Assembly (NCBI GenBank): GCA_031835245.2
Contig: JAVKOQ020000047.1
Span: 124,001 to 188,000, forward strand
Length of the DNA stretch: 64,000 nt
Origin: Balamuthia mandrillaris
Lineage: Eukaryota
Direction of reading: 5' to 3'
Shown here in pieces: positions 1-14,108 of the stretch (within the stretch, counting starts at the first letter, position 1; each line of letters opens with the position of its first letter). The position numbers were made by a program, and so were the translations under genes. The notes beneath the pieces are model-generated. The model was not told the DNA's origin, did not search any database, and saw nothing but the letters and a program-made list of their open reading frames with translations.

Positions 1-1246
1 TTGTTCTTGTTCTTGTTCTTTATCTCTTTTGCTATGTTCTCTCGTTTCACTTATCTTCTTCTCTATTCCTTGCGTCTTACGTTTTTTCTTAAAAAGCAAA
101 TAGGAACACCAAAGGAAGATGCATTGCGTAGGGATCTTACTATTAACTCGCTTTTCTATAACATCAACACTGCATCAATTGAGGATTGGACAGGAACCGT
201 AACGTCTCTCCTCTAGCCTCTCATACTTCTCTCTTTTCTCCTCTTCTTCTAGCATGACATAATCTAAAAGAATGACAAAAGTATAGGGCCTAAAAGACTT
301 GGCTGAAGGAATCATTCGAACACCGCTCTCTCCTCATACTACATTCCTGGACGATCCTTTGCGAGTGTTGCGCGCTGTTCGGTTCGCCAGTCGTCTTGCC
401 TTTGTGTTGGATGATGAGCTTGTTTCTGCTGCCATGGATCCTGAAATACAGGTTTCTGTTTGTATCTTGTTGTCTCTCTCTGTCTCTCTGTCTCTCTGTC
501 TCTGTTTCTCTCTGTCTCGGCCTTTCCCTGTCTCTGTCCTTCTCCTCTCCTCATCTCTGCCTTCTTTCTCTGTTTTCTAAGTTAGCAAGTACTTAGCTCA
601 CTTCTCTCTTCTCCTGTCTCTCTATCATATAAATGGATAAAGACCGCTTTGTCGCAGAAAGTAAGTCGAGAAAGAATTGGAAACGAGGTGGAAGGCATGC
701 TTAATGGTATATTTTTTTTTTTAATAAGGACGTGCTTCCTAACCCTCAACATCATCTATATTGACGAGTCTATATTATGGCTATAAGGACCCAACCCAGA
801 CAAAGCTTTTGATTACATTCTTCAGCTTGGATTGTTTGATATCGTTTGGAATCTACCCCCAAAGACAGGTATCCTAGTCTCTTCCATGCACATGCCTTTT
901 CACTATGAGCTCATTGTTGATGTTAAACCCTTTCTCTCTCTGCCCTCTTCCTGAGTACAGATTTCTCTCACCAAAGTGATTCCAGAGAACATTGCACTGC
1001 TCAACTCCACAGAATGAAACGGTAAAATGCGCAAAGACTGTTGTCATTTAATGACTTCCATGTTAATATTTTTGTCAAAATAAGGTTGCTGAACGTGGCT
1101 GCGTCTTCCATTTCTATTGACCCCGCTAGAAGACGGCTGCTGCTCCTTAGCAGCTTTTTCAAACTGTTTGCCGGTCATTCTTATGCCAACAAGAAGGGAC
1201 GAGCTACACCCTTAATTGAGTATTTGGTTATCGAATCTGTCAAGGT

Positions 1247-1287
<41 letters not shown>

Positions 1288-1946
1288 TCTCGCTCGCTCC
1301 TCAGTTCATCACTTCATTTCGTCTTTTTTTCTCTCTTGCTCTTTCTCTTTTCCTCGCATTCTCCCCGCTCTGTTTATGATGCTCGTTGTTTTGTGCTTAC
1401 ACAATTCAACAGTGGAAGATCAAAGACGCCAAAGACATCATCACCGTTGCAGAGAATGCGGAGAAGCTTCGTGCTTTTGCCACATCACTTGCTTCCACCA
1501 ACTCATTCAACCGTCAATCCGTTGGTTCGTTGCTGCGCTATCTCTTCTCTCTCCCTTACTAAAGCACTCTTCTCCTACCATCCATCAACTCAAAACAAAA
1601 AGGTTTGGTGCTAAGAGAAACCAAACAACTTTGGGAAGACGCTCTGTTGGTCGGTCTTTCCCAGGAACTTCCTTTCTCTTCTTCGGAAGAAGAGCAACAC
1701 CAACAACAAATCTTGGCTCTCTTTCGGCTCTTTCAAAGCAAAGTGTTGGAGGAAGGATTGGACCAAGTGTGGAAGCTTGCCCCTTTGTGGAACGGCAAAG
1801 AGTTGGCGGGGGCGTTGGGCCTTGCTCCCGGCCCTCGCATCGGGCAGCTCATCCAACGAGAGATCGAGTGGCAACTCGCTCATCCTTCTGCCTCCAAAGA
1901 GGAATGCTTGCTGTACCTCCGAAAGGAAGTCTCCTCTTCTTCTTGA
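1..1946 (+). CDS. CCA1: CCA-adding tRNA nucleotidyltransferase (class II, poly(A) polymerase family), multi-exon, 5' part outside window
   Basis: Exon peptides GTPKEDALRRDLTINSLFYNIN, GIIRTPLSPHTTFLDDPLRVLRAVRFASRL and KVSRERIGNEVEGML are hallmark class II CCA motifs. C-terminus PLWNGKELAGALGLAPGPRIG; stop at 1944-1946. Confidence 0.92.
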
Positions 1947-1995
1947 CTGTAAAGTTTACAAAAACAAAGCAGAGTGTTTCAGCTTTCAACAGAGT

Positions 1996-4900
1996 TTAAT
2001 GAGAATAAGAGAAAGGCGCCTTGAGAGAAGAAGCAGCAGAAGAAGAGGCGGAAGACGCAGAAGCAGCAGCGGTGGAGCTTGCTGCCGCCGAAAGGTTTCT
2101 TCTGGCGGCGGCGCTGAGTCCACCCGCGCGAGCGGCAGCTCCTCGTGGAAGATGATGCCTCAAGCTCTCCATCTTCGTGTCCGAAAGACGAGAGGAGAGC
2201 TCCTGCTGCGCCTTCTTGGCTTCGATCTGCATCGAGACGGCCTTTCTTGTGTACTGCTTCAACCAGATGTTGCTCTCGGCCGTTCGGAGGTCGTTCTCTC
2301 CGACCAGCTGTTTGAGGATTTGATAGTTCTTCTTCTCGTAGTGCAACGCCTCCTTGAAACGATCCAACGCGCTGTAGGCATAGGCCAAATAATGACAACT
2401 ATTTTTTGAAAAGATTATTAATGAACTAAAGAGAGAAAACAAAAAGAAAAAGAGAAACGTACATTTGCGCTTTGCTTAGATCGTCCTCCGGAGTGAAATA
2501 GTCGTTGCTCTCCAACGCCATGGTGTGCAGCCTCAAGGAGAGCTCCAGCCGTCCCAGGTCCTGGTTCATGAGCGCCATATGCGTCAACGTGTTGACCGCA
2601 TCGGGATGATGCGGCGCACAAACGAGCGAGCCCAAATAATGCGCACGCTTGATGCATCTCAAAGCGCCCTGCAAGAAGGGTTCCTTCTTGAGGTCCCGCA
2701 GGAAGAGCGCCAAGTTGGCGTAGCTGTGGGTAGTGTCGTGGTGGTCGAGTCCGAGCACGCGCTCGTTGATGATCACCATCTTCTTTTGGTGAGCGAGGGC
2801 ATGCTCAATGTCGTTTGCGTGATACAAAACGATCGCCAGGTTGCTATAAGAAAAAAGAGAAGAAACATGAATTAGAGCAAAGTACAAAGAAGAGGAAAAA
2901 GAGAGAGGAGAAAAAGGAAGAAGCCATCAGAAAAACATGAAGTGGTTATGTTTGTCGTCATCCAGACAGTCAAGAGTAGCAAATAATAAAACATCTTTTG
3001 GCTTTCTATGTTGTTGAAGAAAGAGAAAAAGAGAAGAAAAGAGGAAAGTACCCATAGCAAATGGCAACTTCCGGATGCATGGGGCCATAGACTTGGTGGA
3101 AGATGGCGAGGGCCTCGTTGAGCAGCTCGTAGGCATACTCAAGACGCGCCTGCAACAAGAATGCTTTGCCTGCTTCCAACAATTGTTGGCCATCCATTGT
3201 CTTTACAAATGCAGAAGACAAAGTGTAAGAAACGGGAAAGCAGAAAAGAGAACGAGGAGAAAGATAAATGTACCTTTGGGTCCAAATGCTTGACGGTGGG
3301 GAAGAGAGAGAGAATATCTCCTCTACGGAAGGGAAGAAGCATCTTGAAGTCATAGTCTCTGGCCATAACTTGCACGCCAGCCTTCAAACAAATGGAACGG
3401 AGAACGGGGATGTTGCGAGCAGCGCTGCGCACTTGTTCCAACGTGTTGGAAGAGTGATACTTAGCGGCAGAGGAAGACTCCACAAAGCTGTAGTCGTACT
3501 TCTTGCTAATGATCTTCTCGATATTCTGCCAAAGAATGGGGGTCGTGAGATCAAAAATATGTTCGTCAGCGCCATAATAGTTGATATGAGCTCCACTTCC
3601 TGAAAGGGTTTCTTTGTTATTGTGGGTGCTTCCACCTTTCTTGTTCTTTTTGCCTTTTTTCGAAGACGAAGAAGAAGATGGAGAGGAAGTTCCATTGGCT
3701 TCCTGATGAGCCTTGAGGAAGGACTTCATGTCTTGATCTTCCTCAGTCTCCACGCTACCCTCATCCAAGGTGTGGAAGTTGGAGCGCTTGGTCACGTTGC
3801 CCAAAAGACAGTTGAGAAAGTGGGCCACTGCATAAGCAGTGTTGTGCTCCTGCACGCTGCGCAGCAACACACCAAACTCGTGCCTCGCCGCCCGCGTTAT
3901 CATTTCTTGCTCACAAAGTCCCTTTTTTGTGCAACAAAAGAAAAAAGTCAGCAAAAGAAAATAACGAAAAGGTATAGAAGTGAAAAAGAAATGTACCATG
4001 ATGAAGGGATGGTTCTTGGTGAGACTGGCAACCAAGCCGAGGTATCGCATGTTAACGCCGTGGCGGTGCATGATGGAGGAAAGCGTCTGTCCATCCACAG
4101 GCATCGTCTTGAACTCCACAAAGTCCTCGATCATCTTCGGTATGATAACGTCCAGCAGGAACTTACCGAGGTTCTTCACCTTCTCCTCCTCCTCTTTGAT
4201 GCTCTCCTCTGTGCCGGCAACTTTGCAGAGCTGGGCAGAGGTGCCAAAGACGTTTGGATGATAGATAGTAGCTGGGTCGGGCTCTCTTTCCTTCTCAGCC
4301 TCTTTCTCTTTGTCCGCTTCTTGGGCAACGCTCTCGCCTTCTTTATCTTGGGCTTTTCCTTCACCTTCTTGTTTTTCTTCTCCTTGTTGTTCCTTCTTTG
4401 CTTCGGCTTCCTGTTTTGCCTTCTGTTGCTCCAAAAACTCTTTCTGAGCTCGCTGCATCTCTAAGTGCTCCGCAAAGGCCTCCAAAAGCTCCATACGGAA
4501 GACTGGGGCGGATCTCTCCTTCGGGTCCCGCTCGTACTTTTCCAAGTAGTTGGTATCCCTAGGAGTGGCTCTGACAAGATCCACCAAGTATCTCCTCCCA
4601 TCGGTGCCCATGATGCCCTTGGACTTCACCGGGCAGCAGAGAGAGACCGTTTTACCATCGCTCTCAGAGGCATCTACCATGGAGTGCTCCTTCATATGCA
4701 GTTTCTTGGCCGCGCTTTGCATGAGGCGGTGGAACTCGGGATCGGCGTGGATGGTCTTTCCGTTGTCAGCAGAGCCGTATACAATCTTGGTGCTCTCGTT
4801 GCGGAGTACACCAGGGATGATGCTCTGGGCGAGAAGGCGATGGCCGCGGAACTCCACGATGGCGGTGAGCACAGTGCTGAGGCCCTCCACGTCGGCCATG

Positions 4901-5134
4901 TTGTTGTAGGCTTTAGTGGCTTTGAGGTCATTGTTGGCGCTGGTGTAGGTGGCTTGGTCGGTATCCAACCCTTGCTGGAAAGGCGTCAAAAGGGAGAAAG
5001 TTAGAAGCAATAAATAGACGAATGATAGACATAAAGGAGTTAAAATAAGGTGTTCCTCAGTAGTAACAATTGGAGATATAGTGTTTTCGCTCAACGTCGA
5101 AACTCACACACAAAAAAATTTCATCTTTGGAAAC

Positions 5135-5188
<54 letters not shown>

Positions 5189-7305
5189 GAAGTTTACCTC
5201 TTCTTCTTCAGGCGCAGCAATGACAGTGTTGAGGTTCTCCTCATAGGTGTCATCCAACACATAAGAGAAGAAGATATTGTTAAAGACAAACATGTGCGTT
5301 CGTTTGTCAGCGTGATGAGCGTTCAGAGCGGTGACATTGCCCCCAACAATAGCACGAGCTCCTTTAATAGCGCAGTCCACAAAGTCGTTGTGTACCTTGT
5401 TGATGGCTCTGTCGCGAACAATCCTCTCCTGCACTGTGGAACGAGGAAGCTCTTTGCAAGCCTGATACTCTTCATTCCAGTCCCTCATGTTTCCAGACAA
5501 TCTGTTGCACAACATTAGAAGGGAAGGCGATGTAAAGGAATAAAAGAAAGACGCACTCGACTTCAGCGAAGAGAACAGCATATTCAGAGCGGTTTCGGTC
5601 ATAGATGTGGGGTTGAGGTTGCGGTCCCAACCAAGGAGTTAGAGGGATCGGGACACCCAACAACTCAAATGGATGTTTGCCAAACTGACCCGTCTTTAGG
5701 ACAACGTCCAAGTTTCGCGCGAAAGAAGCGCTTACCTAGAGAACAGAACAAATTTGGTAAACAACAGGAAAAGAGAGAAAGGAAAAGAAAGAAAAGAAAT
5801 GGAAAAGTAAAAGGGATCAGACGTCTCCAGCTGGAGGTAGGCGTTGGTCATCGGTAGCAAAAGGCTTGTTTGGTATGAGAGGGTTCAAGTTCGTGTATTC
5901 ACGACTCTCCAAGCCCTTTGCTGCAACGTTTGCTTTGTTTCATCGTTTCCCTTTTCTGTTCTTCACAAAGAAAAACAGAGAGAGAGAGAGAGAAAGCGAA
6001 CCTTGGAGAGCAGCTCAGAAAGATTGTGGGAACGACAAGGTTTGGCAGCAGGGTGAGGATTGAAGCGCTTCTGAGTGCTGCCATTCACGAAAAATCCTCT
6101 GCTAGAAGATGTGATGTGATAGACGTTGCCCTCTAACGTGGTAACCTCCAGGTAGAAAAAGTCGCCCATCAGTTCCCTGTTGCCAGGCGGAGGGTTCCAT
6201 CCAGAGAATTCGATGCTCTGCACGCAACGCGGCAAGGACTCAGTGGGCTTGGGATAGAACTGCTTCAAAGAGGGTCGCTCTATATCGGCCAGTTCCTCTT
6301 CGTCGGTCTTAGGTGCCGACGAGGCAGCAGTGGTCTGTTGGGTGGAGGAAGCCACAGCAGATTTCTGGCCTCCCTTTTGTCCCGGCGTTTTCTTGTTCTG
6401 CTTTTTCTTGTTCTGTTTCTTAGAAGGCTGCTGAGATTTCTGAGGAGCCGGCTCGGTTGTGGCTGTGGAGGCGGCAGAGGCATCTGTCGCTGCTGGTCCA
6501 TTGCTGCTATTGGTGGTGGTGGCTGCATTGGCGGTTTGTTGGGTGGCATCAGAAGAGGCATCGCTGCTGTTGGTGCTAGTGGAAGTGGCAGAATTGGCGG
6601 TGGTTGAAGGATGGAGAAGCGCTTCCTCTTCCTCGGAGGGGGCAAAGTAAGAAAAGAGACTGGGAGAGGGAGTGTTGGCATAGTCGTAGAGATGGAAGCC
6701 CAAAATTTCTCGAAGCCTGCGAATGTGCAGCAGAGCGCTTCGTTTGTTATAAAGTTCTGTTCGACACAACGAGCGTTAGAGGCTAAGAGGAAAATATGAG
6801 AGTAAAGAAGAAGCAAAGGACACTGAAAGGACACGGAGAAGAAGCGACGAGAGAGAGTTACCTGGAACCATTTCGATAACGCAGTCGCGCTCCAAGCCCT
6901 TCACCTCCGAAAGCTCCACAAAGTCATTGATGACGGTACCATTGAGTTGCAGCACGTAAGACGTGATGTCGCAAGTCTCCGCCGACTCCAGCAGGTACTG
7001 GCGCACATCCTGCACCATATCCGCGGGGCTGACCTGAATGGGCAACTCCTCTCCGCGCATCGTTTTGATGTTGATCGGAAAAGAAAGAGGTTCCTCTGAA
7101 AGTGAAAAAAATAACAGAAAGAAGAAAGAAAGTGAGCGAGTGAAAAAAAAAAGAGTGAAAGATTAATCAAAAACAGTGAGAAAAAAAAAAGAAGAGACGA
7201 TTTTTATTTACTTTGTTCGAGCTCTTCTTCGGAGAGTGCCGGAGCCTCAGCGAGAGCAACTTGCTCGCTCTCAGTGTTAGTGTTCGACGCAGAAGTAGCG
7301 GACAT
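1996..7305 (-). CDS. CLU1: Clustered mitochondria protein (Clu1/CluA/CLUH, TIF31 family) with C-terminal TPR repeats, multi-exon
   Basis: Motifs SGWNPPPGNRELMGDFFYLEVTTLEG, RDWNEEYQACKELP, SANNDLK, KGIMGTDGRRYLVDL, PVDGQTLSSIMHRHGVNMRYLG, ERVLGLDHHDT. ATG at 7305 (MSATSASNT...). Confidence 0.93.
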
Positions 7306-8072
7306 TTCGATTTTTGTTTTCTTTCCCAAACAAAAAATAAATAAATAAATAAATAATAAATAAATAAATAAAAAAGCGGATGAGGCGGATCGATGGATGG
7401 GGTGTTTTTTTTTTCAAAGCGCTTGCTTGCCGGAGCTTTTTTCAATCAGTGAAACACTGCCCGCTCGCTCGCTCACTCGCCCTTTTTTTTTTTGCTACGC
7501 GCGTGACGCTCTCCCTTCCGTGCTATGAGAAAAAGAAAATAAAAAAAAGAAAGAAAGTAAAGGTGCTCTCCCGCTACAGAAATTTTTAAGGACGGCTCCC
7601 GATGGTGTACGATCGCAGCGAAACCGACGATGAGAATTGTCCAGCGGGGTATAATCGAAAGAAGAGGGAACTCGGGTTGGATGCTTTTTGCTCGTCTTCG
7701 AAGCGTTGGGGATATTCTCCGATGAATAACCCTCGGCTGAGATCAGTTTCTTGGAAAAACCATTCAGATCGATCTGATTTTCTCCCCGCATTTCCTACCA
7801 CTTTCCGAGCATCCGATCAACGTCGACAAAAACTTAGTTTCGCTGCACCATTCGTGCAGAATATCTGGTCGAATTGACAAGCAACTATTATAGGCCACGA
7901 AAACAACAATAAAAGAAACGATTGACGTCGTCCCGTTCTTCCTCTTCTTCTATCTTCTCTTTCTTCAACGAGCTCTTTTCGGTGTTTCCCATGGTTGTTG
8001 TTGTTGCAACGCTCTTCCTTTTTATTGTTCAAACAACCAACACAAAAATAATTTATTTCGAAACAAACAAAC

Positions 8073-9426
8073 ATGGAGGAAGATTTGCGAGGAACCGTTC
8101 GGCTCTATAAACAACTCAAAGAAGGAACAAACAAACACATTTCCTGTTCTTCTTCTTCTTCTTCTTCTTCTTCTTCTTCTTTCAATGCTTCTTTCGCTTC
8201 CGAGAGTACGGAAGTCAAAACAAAGCGAGGCTCCCTCATGCTCTTCACACAAATGGAGGAAGGCGCCCACAAGCTCTTATCGATAGAGGCCAACGGAAAG
8301 CCGCCGGGAGAGAGAGGAGGAGAAGGAGCAGGCGAAGAAGGGGAAGGAGTAGATGAAGACCAACTCAAGAAGCAAAAGAAGAAGAAGCTTGCTGAGAACG
8401 AGCCGGCAAAAAAGAACAGGAGGAACCTGTCCCCACGCTCACAGCAACAGCAGCTCACCAGCAAACGCGAGAGGAAGGAAGAGAAGCTCTTTCTCAGGTG
8501 GACGAAGGAGCAGAAAACGAGGATACAGAGCAAAGGTCTGCCCAGCTATGGCAAAGAGGGGCGGCAGAGCATTCGCGGAGATCCGCACAGAAGCCAGAGC
8601 CGCAAGTCCCCTCCGCCTTCTCCTTCCTCCCCTTCGGCCCCCAAAAAGAAAGCACAGAGACAGCCACAAAAGCCAAAGAAAAGGAGAGACGAGAAGTCGT
8701 TGCAACCACGGAAGCGAGAGGAGACAACCTCCTCCTCCTCCTCCTCCTCCTCCTCTCCGGCAATGCCGCTCTTTGCCATAGAGCGCACGAGAACGGCGGA
8801 GGACATTCTGTATAGCTCCTCCTCCTCCTCCTCGACGGCGGCGGCACAGCGACAAAGCGTCCAAAGGAGAGGAACGGCAGACAACAAGCAGCAGCAGCAG
8901 CAACAACAAAGGGACACCAACAGACCACACGCACGAATGCAGCTGACCCGCTCCGCTCAACAGCAACAACATTTGTTGTTGCTGGCGGCGGTCGACAATA
9001 GCCCCAACGGCAGAGCCAACAAGGAGAGGAAGGAGAAGGAGAAGGAGAAGGAGAAGGAGAAGGAGAAGGAGAAGGAGAAGGAGAAGGAGAAGGAGAAGGA
9101 GAAGGAGAAGGAGAAGGAGAAGGAGAAGGGAGAGAAGGAGAAGGAGAAGGAGAAGGAGAAGGAGAAGGAGAAAGGGAGAAGGAGAAGGAGAAGGAGAAGG
9201 AGGGAGAAGGAGAAAGGAGAGGAGAAAAAAGGGAGGGAGAAAGACAGAGAACAGAGAAAGAAAGGAGGAGGAGGAAGAGAAGACCGGGGAGAAGAACTGA
9301 GAACAAGAAGCAAAACGCAGGACAGCAATTGGTTTCAACAACAACTCTATGCCAACGTTATTTCTGCCGAGGAGGACGTTCAACTGTACCTTTTATTGCT
9401 CCTCTCTCGTCGTTTCGTTCTTTCAT

Positions 9427-9462
<36 letters not shown>

Positions 9463-10490
9463 TCGTGAGCTCACTTTTTTCCTCGGTCAAAAGGCTGTTG
9501 CAAGAACGTCAGAAAGAACGAAAGGAAAGAGGCAGCAAGAGCACCAACAACCTCTTACGGCCAACCCCGCTTCTCGTCCACAACCACTCCAACACATCCT
9601 CCTCCGACTCTGACGCCGCTTCAAGCTCGGATGAGGGCAGCCCATCCGCCGCCTCAACGCAACAAAAAGCAGATGATGAAGAGCAGGACAACAGCAACAA
9701 ACAGCCGAAAGCAAACAAGAAGAAGAAAAAGAAGAAGCTCTCCTCTTCCTCCACGAACAGCAACAACAACAACAACAACAAAAAAGAACTGAACCCAAAG
9801 GAGAAACAAAGGCAGCAGCAGCAACAAATACCATACGTCCTATCGGATTCTGCCAGCCGAAAGCTTTCCAACACTTGGTCCACTCTGCTTCATCCCCATG
9901 CTTCAAGCCACGAAAGAGAGGAAACGGTGGAGGGAGAAGGCGGAGAAGAAGAAGACGAAGAAAAGATGAAAGAACAAGAAGATCAAAGGAGACAAACGGA
10001 GCTATCAAGTTTTATGGATGAACTTGCTTCTTCCTCGTCTTCTCCTTCTGCTTCCGAGGACGAACACGAAACGACAACAACAAAACGAGGAGGAGGAGAA
10101 CAAAAGGAAGAAGAGGAAGAAGGAGAAGAAGAAGAAGAAGATGGAAGACCAGGAACGCCGGAAGAGGTGGTGGATTGGATGGAGACCATCGGGTTGAGCG
10201 CTTATCGTGAGATCTTCTTGAAGCACCGCATTGGAGGCGACAGATTGGTCGTCCTCCAAAAAGAAGATCTCATAGAAATGGGTTTGTTTTTCTCTTCTTG
10301 TTCTTCTTCTTGTTCTTGTTCTTCTTGTTCTTCTTGTTGTTCTTAGGTTAAACTCTTACCTTGCATAATAACAGGGATAGACCCGTTGGGGCGAAGGAAG
10401 ATCTTGCAGGTGATTGCGTTCTTGAACTTTGGAAGAGGTGCCAAAAGTTCTAGCCACAAAAACTTTCGAACGCCTGAACGAAAAGAATAA
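8073..10490 (+). CDS. Low-complexity (S/Q/E/K-rich) protein with C-terminal SAM domain
   Basis: 757-aa ORF ending TPEEVVDWMETIGLSAYREIFLKHRIGGDRLVVLQKEDLIEMG; spliced last exon GIDPLGRRKILQVIAFL completes a SAM fold; stop 10488-10490. Probable small intron near 9386-9493. Confidence 0.75.
9027..9215 (+). repeat. (GAGAAG)n coding hexamer array encoding (KE)n
   Basis: Visible tandem GAGAAG units in frame within the 8073 ORF. Confidence 0.9.
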
Positions 10491-10540
10491 CAACAACAAA
10501 CAAAAAAAGTGATATACATTAAAAACATACATGTACAGAG

Positions 10541-12098
10541 TTAATGCTGGTGATGAGTAGACTTCTCTTCTGCTTCCTCTTCTTTCGTTTTGGCCTCTTC
10601 CTTGTTGAGAACTCCGCCACATCCTTCCGTTATCTCCTTTTCCTGTTGAGAAAGTCTGCAAAAACACATTAGCTTAGTTCTCTTGTCTCCCTCCATTCAC
10701 CCTCTTCTCGCTCTTCTTGTCTCTCATCTCATTGTTTCTTCCATGTTCTCTCAAATTTTTTTCTCTTACCTCATTTCAGCAGCAGCCAAAGCCATTTGTT
10801 GTGGCGTGAAGGCCAAGTGGAGAGAGTTTTCTCCGGTGGTACCGCCCAAAGCCACTCCGCTGCGTCGAGCGGTTTCCTCCATCAGCTTTACTTTCTGTCG
10901 CTCTGCAGCAGAGAAGGCCTTTGCCCCGTCTCTTCCGTACTTTCGCTCAAACTCACGTACTGACTCTTGCAACAATCGGTTGAGACGGAAGAAGCTCGCA
11001 TCATGAGGACCTTTTTTTGAAAACAAGGTAAGAAAGGAGAAAGGAGAAAGGAGAAAGGAGAAAGGAGAAAGAAAAGATACCAAAGACAATGTGTGTGAGC
11101 TCATGAAGCAAAACATCGCGAATGCTTTCATAGTCTCGAAATGTGTTTGGATTGTTCTTGTCCACTCGCAGCCTCAAACTAATTTCCAAGCCATAGTTCA
11201 CATTCCATCCAAGTTTGTCTTCCTGCTCCAAGCTGAGCTCTTTCAAGTAGGTCACGTGCCAGTTTTGGTTCTCCATCACGTATAAGATGGCAGGATCGGA
11301 GGCTAGGCGCTCCAAAATTGCTTTTGCTTCCCTCTCTTTTGGCATAGGAAGGACGGAGATGTAGCTAAACCGTTTGGGCAGAGTGGTTTGTTCTCCTCTG
11401 TTGTCTGATATTTTATGAAGTAAGTAAGGAGACGAAGCACAAGCAGAAGAAGAGGAAGAAGTGGAAGATGAAGAAGAAGTGGAAGCAGAAGAAGAAGAAG
11501 AAGAAGATGAAGAAGAAGTGGAAGATGAAGAAGAAGAAGAAAAAGAAGAAGAAGAAGAACAAGAAGAAGAAGAACAAGAAGAAGAAGAACAAGAAGAAGC
11601 AGAAAAAGAAGCAGCAACAAACGAAACGAAGACGAGCAAAGCGAAGAAAATGAAAGTGGGGAAGAACAAAGAAGAAGCAAGCAAGGAAGAAGAACGGACC
11701 TCGAACGTTTGGCCGCAGCTCAAAGGGCATGATGGAGGCCTTCTCCGCTGCCACTTTCTTCGCCGCATCCGAGGTGCTCCCCACCAGCATGATCTTGGCA
11801 TTGTTTTTCAGCCCCAACTCTCGCAGCGTGCTCTCCTCCTTGGGGTTCGCTTGCCCTTTTTGGTTTTTGGCAGTGGAATGAACGACCCTCATCAAAACTT
11901 TTGTGCACAAGCGAGTGAGACTGTGTGACGGCGGATACCTTTGAAAAGAAGTTTTTGGTTTTCTGGAGGAACTCCAGTGAGCGAGGCCAGCCGTTGCTTG
12001 AATGCCCGCAACGTAGCGGCCGCCTCGGCTTCCACCGAAAGTTTGTCCTTGCCGTACTGAACGAGGAGCTGCAGCACCGAGCCTTCCTTCTCCTCCAT
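10541..12098 (-). CDS. Ubiquitin-like + WLM metalloprotease (Wss1b-type), multi-exon
   Basis: N-terminal UBL (LASLTGVPPENQKLLFK...STLRELGLKNNAKIMLVGS). WLM domain LGWNVNYGLEISLRLR...FRDYESIRDVLLHELTHIVFGPHDASFFRLN with HExxH...H. Last exon RLSQQEKEITEGCGG to stop at 10541. Confidence 0.88.
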
Positions 12099-12306
12099 TC
12101 TGTGCTTTTTTTTAAAAAAAAAAAACAAACTAAAAACAAACGAAAAGCGCAACGCCACACGCACACACTACTCGCTCCTTGCCACTCCCTTGCCGCAGCT
12201 CAACAATCGAATCGCCGAAGCGACGAAGAAGAAGAAGAGGCATTTTTTTTTAACTTTCTTTCCAATCATTTTTTTTTGTTTGGCGAATCATGATGACGTG
12301 GTTCAG

Positions 12307-12383
12307 GTCGACGTGGTTATTAAATGTCGACATTTATTACCGGCGTCGACATGATCTAAATGGAAGCTTTATTTAGTGTCGAC
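12307..12383. promoter_or_regulatory. Cluster of four GTCGAC palindromes in a divergent promoter
   Basis: GTCGAC at 12307, 12326, 12345 and 12378, including the 16-bp palindrome TAAATGTCGACATTTA. Confidence 0.5.
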
Positions 12384-12413
12384 ATGAAGTCTACAAGAAT
12401 TAATTTCGCTGGC

Positions 12414-12460
<47 letters not shown>

Positions 12461-12504
12461 TCGGTCTCTCTCTGTCTCTGTCTCTGTCTCTGTCTCTGTC
12501 TCTG

Positions 12505-12560
<56 letters not shown>

Positions 12561-12730
12561 TCGTTTATTTGCTGTGGGTAATGAATCTTCACTCATTTGA
12601 CAATTCCTGCTAATAACGGCAACCCTCACCGAAACATGAGGACAATCTCGTTTGAATTACGCGATGGTTGCCGGTCAAACACCAGTATACTGGTGTAACA
12701 GCAACAAAAAAAAAACAGTTTAAAATAACA

Positions 12731-14065
12731 ATGGAAACGCGACGCATGCGGAGTTGCCTTGTATCACTTCTTCTCTTTGCCGTTTCGTTGTCCGCAGGCG
12801 AAGGTAACTATCATGAAGAAGTTCACCAAGTTCTTTGTAAAACGAATGAACCTAACTAACAAACAAACAAAAAAAAAAAAAACGGTTTGAAAAGTGATAT
12901 GGGTGGACAGCACGGCTTCATGTCCTTGTTCCGGCTCTGTTAACTCTCCCTATGCTTCCGTGGTGGAGGCCGTTGCTGCCGCCTCGGAGGGGGACACCAT
13001 CAACGTTCTTCCGGGCTTTTATCCAGAGACTGTCAACCTGACCGCTTCCCTCAACATCACGTTTGTCTTGTTTCTTCCTCTGCTTTTTGTTGCCTCCTTC
13101 TCCTTTGTTTCTTCTTCTCTCCTTCATTTCCTCCTCTGCCTTCTCATTTTGGGTCTTGCTGTGTTCATTTGTAAAAGTGGAACTTCAGGGGATGCTTCAG
13201 CCACCGTTCTTCAATGCATAATCTCTGCGGTCTATGTGGAGGTCAACCTGGAGGCCCTCACCCTTCGAGGCTGCAGCGAATCGGCCATTCAGAGCTCTTA
13301 CACTTATGGTATCGTGTTGGTGCTGCGAAATGTTGTCATTGAGGACGCCTGGAGAGCGCTCTTCTTTCCAAACGGAGTGTTTCTCACCGCCATTGACGTT
13401 GTTATCCGAAACATTTATGAGTTGCCTGCAGGTATTCTTGTTGTTATTGTCTTATGTTATCTTATCTTGTTCTTGTTCTTCTTCTTCTTCTTGTTCTTCT
13501 GCTTCTGCTTCTTCTTCTTCTTGTTCTTCTTCTTCTTATTGTTCTTTTTGTTCTTCTTCTTGTTCTTCTTGTTCTTCTTGTTCTTCTTCTTCTTCTTCTT
13601 CTTCTTCTTCTTCTTCGTCTCTTTGAAATTTTCTCTCATTTCACTTTGAACTCTTCATAAATCAACAAAAACCGTACAGTGTACCTGGCAAACTATCCCT
13701 TCTTGACAGTGGAAAGCTCGTTTCTAGTACAGAACTGCTCTTCATCTTTCCCCACACAAACGTCTGCTGGTATGTTATCGAACAAGAATATCTCCTGCAT
13801 TGTTTTTTTTTGCCTAACGAAGGTTTGTCAGTGATATCAATGGAAACCGGACAGCTGACTTTTGATGGAACTACCAGGTTTATAGGCAACAGAAACGGAC
13901 GAGGTCCTCTTCTTCTTCTTCTCTGTTCTTTCTCTCATTTCTTTCTTGCTTACTTCTTTTCATTGCCATTGGTTTTCTTTTGCAATTGCACAGTGTTTGT
14001 CCTGTACGACGTAACGTGGGTCAGTACCGGTGACATCATCTTCGAAGACAATGAAAACAGTACTG

Positions 14066-14108
<43 letters not shown>

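Noticed and set aside
3622..5004. Long + strand ORFs overlapping CLU1 (also 16314-17048, 53618-54301, 59245-59940)
   Set aside because: Antisense shadows of real genes with no independent motifs.
7580..7880. Possible ncRNA or small gene in the CG-rich intergenic stretch
   Set aside because: No tRNA cloverleaf, snoRNA boxes or recognisable ORF that I can support; an Infernal/Rfam scan would be needed.
9170..9215. Poly-Arg run in the SAM protein as a functional motif
   Set aside because: It arises from a register shift within the same GAGAAG array and may be slippage or assembly noise.
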